From an uncultured Planctomycetota bacterium (lineage in GTDB: Bacteria; Planctomycetota; Planctomycetia; Isosphaerales; Isosphaeraceae), in assembly GCA_963845755.1 (NCBI GenBank), contig CAWJTV010000011.1:640001-704000 (forward strand): a stretch of DNA of 64,000 nucleotides, in the 5' to 3' direction. Both the position numbers and the translations under genes were made by a program. Positions 1 to 9,891 of the stretch are shown one piece after another. The notes below the pieces were generated by a model that saw only the letters and a list, made by a program, of their open reading frames with translations, made no database searches and had not been told where the DNA came from. Position 1 is the first letter of the stretch. Every line of letters starts with the position of its first letter.

Positions 1-279
1 CGCGTCGCCGAGCCATTTGTAATGCTGGGGGTCGCGGAAAAAGTAGGTCTCGTTGGTGGTGATCGCGTCGAGGAACATCGGCATCTCGCCATTGCCGGCG
101 GGCGAGGTCAGGTGGACATAGTATTCGGCAAAGGTGCCGATCCCGGTGGCGCGCAACCGTCGCCGTACGCGGTTGCCGATCATCACCCTCTTGTTCTCGG
201 CGATCCGGATGCCGGCAACCCGGTAGATCAGCTTGCAGAACCTGTCGTACTCGTCATCGGTTAACTCGGTGTTGATCAT
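1..279 (-). CDS. cheR: Chemotaxis methyltransferase CheR (5' part; runs off the window edge)
   Basis: Manual translation from the ATG at 279: MINTELTDDEYDRFCKLIYRVAGIRIAENKRVMIGNRVRRRLRATGIGTFAEY...FLDAITTNETYFFRDPQHY. Contains the CheR TTNETYFFR signature and lies downstream of the MCP and cheW. Confidence 0.9.
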   Translation of the reverse strand, partial: MINTELTDDEYDRFCKLIYRVAGIRIAENKRVMIGNRVRRRLRATGIGTFAEYYVHLTSPAGNGEMPMFLDAITTNETYFFRDPQHYKWLGDA

Positions 280-365
280 GGTTTCGTCTTCGCCGGAGTC
301 CCGCCTTCAGGCGGAACCGGAGCAAGATCTTAGGACCGGCTGAAGCCGGGACTCCAACTCGGGAC

Positions 366-2826
366 TCACACCTTGAACCCCGAGATCACATTCTTGAGCG
401 CCGCGGCCTGCCGCACCAGTTCCTCGGCGCTGGCGGAGAGCTCCTCGGAGCTGGAGGCATTGGTCTCGGTGATGCTGGAGACGTTCTGGATCGCCTTGTT
501 GACCTCGGTGGAGGCCTCGGTCTGCTCCTTGGTGGCCTGGGCGATCTTGGTGATGCTAGCAGCGGTCTCCTCGACGCCCTGAACGATCTTTGCGAGCGAC
601 TCGCCGGCCTTCTGGGAGAGCTGTGCGCCGTCGGCGACGCGCCGAGTCGAACTCCTTGATGAGTGCGGTGATCTCCTTGGCCGCGGCGCTCGAGGCGCTC
701 GGCCAGCTTGCGGACCTCGTCGGCGACGACGGCGAAGCCCAGGCCGTGCTCGCCGGCCCGAGCGGCCTCGATCGCCGCGTTCAAGGCCAGGAGGTTGGTC
801 TGGCTGGCGATCTCGCTGATGACCTGGATGATGTCGCTGACCTGCTCGCTCGATTTCTTGATCAGGACCATGGCCTCGATCGCCTGATCGACCGACTCGC
901 CCCCCTGCTTGGCGAGTTTCGAGGTGGTCGTGGCCTGCGTGCTGGCGACCGAGACGTTCTGGTTGATCTCGACGATCGAGTTGGAGAGTTGCTGGATCGA
1001 CGCGGACATCTCCTCGACGGTGGCCGCCTGGTTCTGCGCCGAGTCGCTCAGATAGTTGGCGCTCTCGGCGACGACGCGCGAGCCCTCGGCGAACTGGCTG
1101 GCCGATTCGATGACCTGGCTGATGATATGCTTGAGGTCGGCGATCATCTGGGAGAGCGCGGCGCCAGACGGCCCATATCGTCGTCCCCCTTGACCTCGAC
1201 GGCGATGGTCAGGTTCCCCTCGGAGGCGGCCTTGGCGACCTTCATGAGCTGGTTGACCTTGATCTCCAGGTCCTTCTTGGCCTGGTCGAGCCGCGTCTGC
1301 TGGTCAACCCGCTCCAGGGCCGTGGAGACCAGCCGGCCGACGTTCCGCAGGGCGTCGATCCGTCCCTCCGACGGCGTGATCGACTCGTCGGTGAGGAAGT
1401 CCATGGTGCCGATGACCTGACCGCCGACGAGGATGGGGAAACCGATGCCCGACTTCAGTCCGGTGCGGCGGGCCGCCGTGGCGCGCAAGAAGTTCTTCGC
1501 ATCGCTCAGGTCGGGGACGAATACCAGGTCGCGCGACTGCCAGGCCTTGCCGTTGATCCCCTCCCCCTCGCGGAACTGCGTCTCGGCCGTCACCCGGCGG
1601 AACTCCTCGCTCACCGAGCCCGCGTCCTGGGCGAACCGCAGCACCTGCTCCTCGGGGTGGAGTTTCCAGAACGTCCCGTAGGTCCAGCCGAACGCCTCGC
1701 GCACGCTGGAGAGCGCCGCGGTGATCACGTCGGATAGGGATCGCGCGCGACCGACCGCCACCAAGAGCTGATTGACCGCCCGGATGTCGGCCGCGGTCTC
1801 CGCCTCGCGCTTCGCCAGCTCGACCTTCTCGGTCACCACCTCCCAGGTGATCATCGGCCCGATGAACTTGCCGTTCTGGTCGGACATCGCGCTGACGCTC
1901 AGCTCGAACAGCTCGGGGCCGACGTTGATCGTCGCGGTGCGGGGCAGGTTGCGGGGGTCAGCCAGCAGCCGGCGCTGATACTCGGGCGCCTTGTGGAACA
2001 CGTCGATCGAGTGGCCGATCATCTCGTTCACCCGGATCGGCAGATGCGCCTCCAGCTTCTTGAGCGTCTGCTCGGCGCGCGGATTCATGTATTGGATCTT
2101 CAGGTCGAGGTCGGCGTACATCAGGTTGATCGGCGCGTTGTCGACCATCTGCTTGATCCGCGCGAGGTCGCCCATCCGCGCCAGGGCGGAGAACTTGTTC
2201 GAGGCCGTGCGGCCGATGATGCGCAGGGCTTCGAGCCGCATGGGGGAGACCTCCACCTCGTGCGTCGAGAAGAAGTCGAGCGTGCCGGCGACCTGGCCGT
2301 CGCGCATCACGGGCAGGGCGACGGCCGCCCGGACCCCGGCGCGGCGCGCCAGGGGGGCGCGGCAGCAGTCGTGCAGGTCGCCGACATCGGCGACGTGGAA
2401 CAGGTCGCGCGACCGCCAGGCTCGTCCGTTGAGGCCCTCACCCTCCTTGAACCGCGCCGTGCGGGTCAGCCGCTGGAACTCGTCGTCCACCCGGCCGGAT
2501 TCCAGCGAGAACACCAGCGCATTCTCCACCGGGTCGACCGTCCAGTAAGACGCATAGGTCCAGCCGAATTCCTTGCGGATCGTGTCGAGCGTGGCGCGGA
2601 CGACGTCTTCGACCGTCTCGGCGCGGATGATCGCGCCCAGCGAGTCGATCATCGCCTGGGTGTTGGCATTGGCCTCCGCCAGCAGGGACTGGGCCTCCTC
2701 GGCGATATCGAGCGACGCGGGCGTGGCCCGCGCGACCTGGTCGTTCACGATGCTCATGACCGGTTTCCTTCTGGCTCTCGCCTTGCTCTGGGCGGGTGAC
2801 GGACGTGGTTCTTGGTCATTCGTCAT
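366..2826 (-). CDS. Cytoplasmic methyl-accepting chemotaxis protein, GAF-PAS-GAF-HAMP-MA (indels near 1150 and 640-700)
   Basis: ORFs 1144..2826 and 386..1147 plus a C-terminus ...[13 protein letters not shown] (stop at 366). MCP hairpin [35 protein letters not shown]; two GAF repeats (F(K/R)EGEG.NG.AW); [18 protein letters not shown]; no transmembrane segment. Confidence 0.92.
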
Positions 2827-2900
2827 GGGTCATTCATCATGGGTCAGTGAACGGACGAGGCGGGACGACCTTCCCGTTCTTGCCACTCGCGACTTGCCAC

Positions 2901-3416
2901 TCACGACTCCTGCCACTGGCCGCTGACCACGGGGCTGTGCTCGTCGAAGAGCTTCTCGATGTCGAGGATGATCAGCAGGCGATCGTCCAGACGGGCGAGG
3001 CCGGAGATGTACTGATGGGCGACCGCCAGAACGGACAGCGGCGGCGGCTGGATCTGGTCGCGGTTGATCCGCATGACCTGGGTGACCGCGTCAACGATGC
3101 AGCCGACCGTCTTATCATGGATATTCACCACGACGGTACGCGTCTCGTCGTCGACCTCGCGGGGCGTCAGGCCGAATCGCTTTCGCAAGTTGATGATCGG
3201 GATGACCGAGCCGCGCAGGTTGATCAGCCCCTCGATGAAGTCGGGCACCTGGGGAATCCGCGTGATCGGCTTCATCAAGATGATTTCCTGGATCTTGGTG
3301 ATGGCGATCGCGTAATCCTCGTTTTCAAGCCGGAAGCCCACGAGCTGGATGATCGGGTTGTCGCCCCGGCGGACGACACCCTCCGCAGACGGGACGTTTC
3401 GAGTTCCAGCGAACAT
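2901..3416 (-). CDS. cheW: Chemotaxis coupling protein CheW
   Basis: QLVGFRLENEDYAIAITKIQEII...ITRIPQVPDFIEGLINLRGSVIPIINLRKRFG is a typical CheW sequence. Confidence 0.95.
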   Translation of the reverse strand: MFAGTRNVPSAEGVVRRGDNPIIQLVGFRLENEDYAIAITKIQEIILMKPITRIPQVPDFIEGLINLRGSVIPIINLRKRFGLTPREVDDETRTVVVNIHDKTVGCIVDAVTQVMRINRDQIQPPPLSVLAVAHQYISGLARLDDRLLIILDIEKLFDEHSPVVSGQWQES

Positions 3417-3568
3417 GGTTGCAATTCCTGGTGTGCAATCGTCAGTCGTCAGTAAGAGTCGATCTTCGGCCGGGCTTTCCTGCTACCTGGATGATCGTTC
3501 CGACTTCGTCACGGCGACAGATGAACAACAGCATCTGTCGGCGCGGAGACCGCGCCGGACCTCGGCGT

Positions 3569-3889
3569 TCATCGCCGCGACGGCCGGCTCATCGGGATGT
3601 CGCAAGAGGACTTTTGTATCTTACATTGGTTTTTCTCTTCTTGCATGACGTCCCCGTCAGAATGATCCGGGATCATGGTGCGGCGTGAGCCCTCGTCGGC
3701 GCGGTCTTCCCACCAGGCTTCGTGGTCGTTGAAGTCGTCATCTTGTGCGCAATCGGCGTGTTCGCGACCCCCTGCCAAGAATCGCGGTCGATCATCCGAC
3801 CGTTTCCTGGGTTCGTTCGGTGGATTCTGGATGAGCTGCTCGTCGCTCACCCCGTGACGATCGCGGGAAGGGTTGGCAACTTTTGGCAT
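3569..3889 (-). CDS. Small hypothetical protein upstream of cheW
   Basis: 106 aa ORF with GAGGA shortly upstream, on the same strand as the che genes; no recognisable domain. Confidence 0.3.
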   Translation of the reverse strand: MPKVANPSRDRHGVSDEQLIQNPPNEPRKRSDDRPRFLAGGREHADCAQDDDFNDHEAWWEDRADEGSRRTMIPDHSDGDVMQEEKNQCKIQKSSCDIPMSRPSRR

Positions 3890-4332
3890 TTTTTGAGAGG
3901 GTCCTCATCTCCGATCTCTCTGGTTGGAATCGAGTTGCGGCGACCCCGCGATTCGATAGGGGCGGCCTGACGGCCTGACTTGGAAGTGATCGCGCGTGGC
4001 TCATACTATTAGGATGCCGCAACTTTTGAAAAACATTAATGCACCTAGCGCGGTTTTCGGGCCGCGCGCCTCCGGAACTCTCGATGTCAACGGCAGATGC
4101 GAAAATCTCAAAAAAATTTTAGTCGGTTGTTTAGATCAGGTACTTATGGCCGGCGCAGGCGCGCGGATTGGCGATTTCTTCCCAAGGCTTCGCATTGCCA
4201 TGATTCGTCTTCGACTCACGGCCAGACTCCCCGGGCGGTCGAATGGGGGTTGACGGGGAGGAGGACCGGTCGTTGGATCCGAACTGAGCACCACCGGAAC
4301 CTTCAACGTACGGGAGACGCGGAGTCATCGAC

Positions 4333-4782
4333 ATGGGATTCATCCCGAAGGGCGCTCGCTGGTACCTGGCCGGTCTCATCCTCGAACACACGATTGAGGG
4401 CGACCCCCGGAACGTCGTCCACGTCAACACGCATCTGATCGAGGCGGATTCTCCCGAGGAGGCGTACCAGAAGGCCAACGCCCAGGGCCGGGCCGGGGAA
4501 ATCGAGTACGCCAACACCGACGGCAGGATGGTCCGCGTCGCCTTCCGCGGCCTGCGGGATCTGGATGTGATCCACGACGACCTGGAGGACGGGGCGGAGC
4601 TGTTCTACGAGGAACGGGTCGGCATCCCCGAGGACGCCTTGGCGGGGTGGGTCACGCCCAAGGAGGAGCTGGCGGTCTTCGCGCCGAGACAGGCCAGGTC
4701 GGGCGGTCCGAATTACCTGCCCCAGGAGATCGCCGAGATGCTGGAGGCGCAGGGGATCTCGCGTCCGGTTGACGAGGGCTGA
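4333..4782 (+). CDS. DUF4288-family protein
   Basis: WYLAGLILEH...VHVNTHLIEADSPEEAYQKA...Y.N.DG..V...FRGLRDL...LEDGAELFYEE resembles DUF4288; GGAG upstream of the ATG. Confidence 0.7.
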   Translation: MGFIPKGARWYLAGLILEHTIEGDPRNVVHVNTHLIEADSPEEAYQKANAQGRAGEIEYANTDGRMVRVAFRGLRDLDVIHDDLEDGAELFYEERVGIPEDALAGWVTPKEELAVFAPRQARSGGPNYLPQEIAEMLEAQGISRPVDEG

Positions 4783-4855
4783 TCCCGGGACTTGCGATCA
4801 TGCAATTGTCTGAGGCCGCCCTGATGGGACGTAGGTCATCGAGGCGTAAAGCCGA

Positions 4856-7800
4856 TCAGCGATAAGTCCTGGCCGGGCGGAAACCGTAGTTGATCATGCG
4901 CATCGACGGCGAGTCCCCGCCAAGGACCGCCGAGCGGTCGTTCGACGGAGGATAGCTGAACGCCCCGCCCCGAAGCATACGAGGGGTGTCGTTATCATAT
5001 ATATCTGATGATATACCAATATCAATTCGCCTGCTTTCTCCGGAAATCCTGGAACGATCCTGACACCACTCCCAGACGTTGCCATGAAGATCGAACAGGC
5101 CGAGATCGTTGGGTTTGAGCCTGCCCACAGGCTGAGTTCTGTCATTGGGCGAGTTCGAGACATACCACCCGTATTTTCCCAGTAACCCCCAGGGCTCGCC
5201 GAAGGAATACCCCGTAGCCGCTCCGGCACGGCATGAGAATTCCCATTCCGCCTCGGTCGGCAGGCGATAGCCCGTTCGGTTCTGAATATCCGAGATCAGC
5301 TTCATGCCCTCGCCGTAGTCTCCCTTCTCATTCGGACCATAGCACCATTGGTCCTCGGGGAATCCCTCCTGCTGGCTCAACCAATTGCAGTAGGCGGCCG
5401 CCGCAAACCAATTGACCGAGTTCATCGGACAGGTTGGCTCAGGACTATATCGCTCTTCGTTCTTGACCTGGAGCCGGGGGTTCTCCTTCAGGCACCGTTG
5501 ATACTGCTCCACGGTGACTTCCTTGTTGGCGATGGCGAAGCTATGACCGATTCGTTCTCGATGTTGGTCCCCTCTCTCCCCCATCTCGGACTCAACCGGA
5601 CCTCGAACGATGACCATCGTCTGACCCTGGCTGTTGACGTACCATTCACGGTGGTTCTCCTGCGAACGTGCTGCACCGTGGTCCCCATCGAGCGTGGGGA
5701 GAGGCCGTTTTGCCAGGTCGTTATCGATCGCCTGGAGTTGAGGCTCACTCCGCCATTGACGGAGCAGCCAGTCCGCCGCCCCGTGAATGCCAGGATCCGG
5801 ATCATTGCGGTAGAGGTCCAGGAGTGTCTTCGCCCAGCCATCCCGCTCGTCGGTCGAAAACCGACCTTCCCCATACTCGCCAAGGCTCAGAATCAACGCC
5901 CTGCGAATGGAAACATCGCCCTCCTGGACCAGTTTGGAAATCAGGAAAACGGGTTCAACTCCCACGGGTCCAAGCCGATGGACCACGTAACTTCGCAGGC
6001 TGGGATCGGGACTGTGTCTCAGCAAGGTCCATGACTTCTCCATTCGTCCCATCCGGATCAAGGCAACTGTTGCGTTCGCTTGCCGCTGGTAGAACTTCTC
6101 CCACGCCTGGTTCTCCAGGTCGGTGGGTATTCCACCTTTTCGGGGAGTCCGCTTCTTCGCGAGTTCGACCTCGAGACGTGGAGCGGTCTGATCCGAACGC
6201 CTTTCGACACTGGGATAGAGTGCGGCGAACGGCTTCTCCGAAGCGTCCATGAGCAGTTGCGCCAACTCATCGGGCCGATCGCGCACGTATTCGGCAAGCG
6301 CACTGGCCGCCAGGGTTCGCTCGGATTCCCCGCGCTTCTCGTCGTGGAAGATGGCGCTCAGAGGCTCGCTGAGCTGGTTGGCAACAGGGCGAAGCGCGTC
6401 GATCCAGCGGGCGACCCCGTAGGCATTCTCGGCGACGAGCCGATTCGCCACGTCGATACGGACCTGCTCCCATCGAGGATTCCTGGGATCGTAGAGTGCC
6501 AGCGCGCCGGCCGCCGGGAGGGCTTTCCCTCGATCTTCCGGTCCCGGCTCCTCCAGCACCCGCCAGCATTCGGCGACGAGGGTGTCCTTGTGCCCGGCCA
6601 GCGCCTGGCGAAGGACCAAGATACTCTGGGCGTCGGCATGGAACAGCCGGTCCATCAGGTAGGGCAATTCCGCGATGCCGTCCCGATCGAGCAGGGCCAG
6701 GGCGGCATGCAAGTGCTTCTCGGATGTCCTGGCCTCCCTGGCTTCGGCATCAGCCTGTCTCAAGAGCGGATCGACCCATTGCCGGTAGGGTTCGAGCTCG
6801 ACGATGATGCCCGGTACGTCCAACAGCGGGGAACCCAGGAGTTTGTCCCGCAACCTCTGGGCTTTCAGCCGGCCATTCGCTTCGTAGCCTCCCCAGGCCA
6901 GGAGGATCAGCATCGTCGCCAGGGTCAACCCTCGAACCCCATACACTCGCCCCGCCCGTCTCATCATCTCGCGTTGCGGATCGGTCCAGTCCTTCTTCCG
7001 GGTCATCAGCCGGATGTTTGCCCACTCCAGGGAGGATGGCAGGTGGCGGTTTTCGGGCCTGGCGTTCCAGAGGGAGGAGCGTTCCGCCAGCCGCAGCTCC
7101 GCACGTCCGCGCCGGGTCTCCCGCTGCTTGCGGGTCAGCCAATCCCGCAGCGAGTGGACCAGGTAGTCGTGGGTGAGCTGGTAGAAGGATTCCGGAAAGG
7201 ATGAAGGATGAAGGCGGAAGGATGAATCAGACCGGTCGGCCTCCGTCGGTGGATTCTTCCCATTCATCCTTCCGCCTTCATCCTTCATCCTTCCGAAGCC
7301 TTCATCCTTTTCCGAGGGGTCTGTCGGCGTGATCAGCCGTAACTCCGGGTCGAGGATGCGGATCAGGTCATCGAAGTCGCCGGGGCGGTTGGCATAGCCG
7401 GAGGCTTCGCACAATTCCTGACGGGACCTCATCTGCCCCTTGATGTCGGTGCCGCTCTCGGGGAGCAGGGCTTTCAAGACGGCCTGGGCGGCCGTCTGGT
7501 GGAAGCGGTGCTCGGCAGGGGCGGTCGCGGCGCTGAAGGTCTCTTCGAGGAACGTCAGGCCGACGCCTTCCATGCCGCCCACCTCCCGGAGCGTGGCCGG
7601 GGTCCAGGGTTTCCCCTTCATCATCTCGGCGAAGAGCGCCAGCCGCACCGAGATGACCTTGCCGTCCTGGGCGAGTCCCGAGATCGCTTGATCCAGAAAC
7701 GTCTCGTGATCCTTGCTGAGATCGCGTACGCTCTCGGGCAATGCCCCGTAGGCCCGCCCGAACGCCATCAGGACCTTCCGGGCATGGCGGGGGTCGAAGA

Positions 7801-9416
7801 GGTCCACCAGGGCGCTGTTGTCGCCTTCGAGCAGGCGGATGTCCAGGTCGCGCAGGAACCGGCTGGCGGCGAGCCAGAAATCATCTCGGACCAGCACCAC
7901 GGCCTGGACGTGCTCGCCATCGCAGTGCCGCAGCGCGGCGACGAGCTCGGCATTCTCCTCACCGCGCCGGGCATGGAGCCACTGCTCGAACTGGTCCAGG
8001 ACCAGCAGCACTTTCCCCTCGGGCGGCAAGAGGCGGCCCCGTCGCAGGTTGGCCAATGAATCGACCAGCCCCGACGATCGGGGCAGCTCCGGACAGACCT
8101 TGCGCACGCCTTTGAGAAGCCGGGCCTCAGTCTCCTCCGGCGTCGCCTCGAGGTAAACCGGCAGGATATGCTTTCCCAGCCGGGGCAAGAGGCCCGCCTT
8201 GACCAGCGACGACTTGCCGCAACCGCTGGGTCCGTAGATCAGCCCCACGCGAAACGTCTGGTCGGGATCGATCGCCTCGATCTTGCGCTTCCAGAACCGG
8301 AGGCTCTCGGGCAGTCCGTCGCGGTCGCGCGGGCCGGGGAGCAGTTCCAGGAAGAAGTCGGCATCGTGCTCGTCGAAGGATCGCAACCCCTTCGGCACGA
8401 TCTTGATCGCTCGTTGATCGGAGTCGGATTGTCGAGAGACGGGCGGCAGTGGAGCGGCTTCCAGGGCTGAGCCGGGCGGCGTGCTGATGGGGACCGCGGG
8501 AGGGGCTGGAGGGGCCGTGGCTGCCTCGGCCTGGAGGAACGCGCGCAGGTCTTCCGCCATGTCCCTGGCGGTGGTGTACCGATCCGAAACCCGCTTCATC
8601 ATGGCCTTGAGGCAGATCCGTTCCAGCTCCCTGGGGATCGTGTCATCGACCTGGCGCGGTGGGCGAGCCTCAGCCCGGGTCACTTGCTCGACGATCTCTC
8701 GAAGCGCGTCCGCCCGGAATGGCTGGCGGCCGGTCAGTAACTCGTAGAAGACCACGCCCAGGCTGAAGACGTCCGAGCGCCCATCGACGAGGTGCCCCTC
8801 GCCGCGGGCCTGTTCGGGGCTCATGTACGCGGGCGTTCCCGCCAGCCCGCTCCCCTTGCCGAAGTCCTCGTCCTTGAGCGCCAGTCCGAAGTCGGCGACC
8901 GAGGGCTGGCCCGAGGCGTCGACGAGGATGTTGGCCGGCTTGATGTCGCGGTGGACCACCCCTCGGGTGTGGGCATAATGCAAGGCGTCGGCGAGGGTGG
9001 CGACCAGCTCCGCCGACTCCCGGAAGGACGGTCGAGCCTGCCGCGATCCGGACCGCCAGGTTGCCGCCTTCCACAAACTTCGATACGACGAAGCAGAATC
9101 CGTCTTCCGTGCGGCCGACATCGAAGACCGGCACGATATGAGGATGGTCGAGCTTGGCCAGCATCCGGGCTTCCGCGAGAAACGCCTCGACATCCTGGGG
9201 ACCTTGGATGTGTTGCCGATTCGGCACCTTGATCGCCACCAACCGGTCGAGGTCGTCGTCGCGGGCCAGATAGACCCGTCCGAACCCGCCCTGACCGAGG
9301 TACCGGTGGATCCGGTAGCGTCCGGTCCTTGTGGGATCGCCATCCGGGGCGCCGCTCGAGCCCGCGGCGTGCGGTTCGACGTCCACGGTTTCCGACAGGT
9401 CCTTCGTCTCATCCAT
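4856..9416 (-). CDS. Ser/Thr protein kinase + STAND-type P-loop NTPase + helical repeats + C-terminal FGE-sulfatase (C-type-lectin fold) domain, copy 1 (indel near 9040)
   Basis: The N-terminus of 8670..9416 (LGQGGFGRVYLA, VAIK) joins 4856..9574: HRDIKPAN, DFGLA, GTPAYMSPEQ; Walker A GPSGCGKSS; Walker B LLVLDQFEQ; FGE motifs YRLPTEAEWE, PNDLGLFDLHGNVWEWCQD, RGG...GFRPART. Confidence 0.9.
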
Positions 9417-9523
9417 CGTTCGGTCCCTGACAGCGATCGATCGCTTTCATGGATGTCAAGCAGAGCCATTGTCGCATCCCCGGCCGGGATGGAACAATGG
9501 GCCACGCGCTTGCCGGCAAGAAC

Positions 9524-9567
9524 GTAGGTCAGGCTTTCCAGCCTGACGTCCGGTCGTGTCAGGCTGG
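9524..9567. repeat. GTAG-type REP hairpin plus a truncated second arm at the duplication junction
   Basis: GTAG-GTCAGGCT-TTCC-AGCCTGAC at 9524-9547, then GTCAGGCTGG at 9558-9567 running directly into the DUF4288 fragment. Confidence 0.6.
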
Positions 9568-9818
9568 TCCGCATCGCTTTCCGCGGCCTGCGGGACCTGG
9601 ATGTGATCCACGATGACCTGGAGGACGGGGCGGAGTTGTTCTACGAGGAAAGGGTGGGTATCCCCGATGACGACCTGGAACGCCGGGTCAAGCCGAAGGA
9701 GGAGCTGGCTGTCGTCGCCCCGAGACGGGTCAGGGCGGACGGGCCGGATTACATGCCCCAGGAAATCGCCGAGATGCCGGAGGCGGAGGGGATCTCGCGT
9801 CCGGTTGACGAGGGCTAA
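9560..9818 (+). pseudogene. 3' fragment of the DUF4288 gene (duplicate of ~4525-4782)
   Basis: Close nucleotide match to 4525-4782, encoding ..VRIAFRGLRDLDVIHDDLEDGAELFYEERVGIP...ISRPVDEG*; the 5' half is absent. Confidence 0.85.
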
Positions 9819-9891
9819 CGCCGGGGTCCCCGATCATCCCATTGTCTGAGGCCGGCCTGAGGGGACGAAGGTCACAAGAGGGTAAAGCCGA

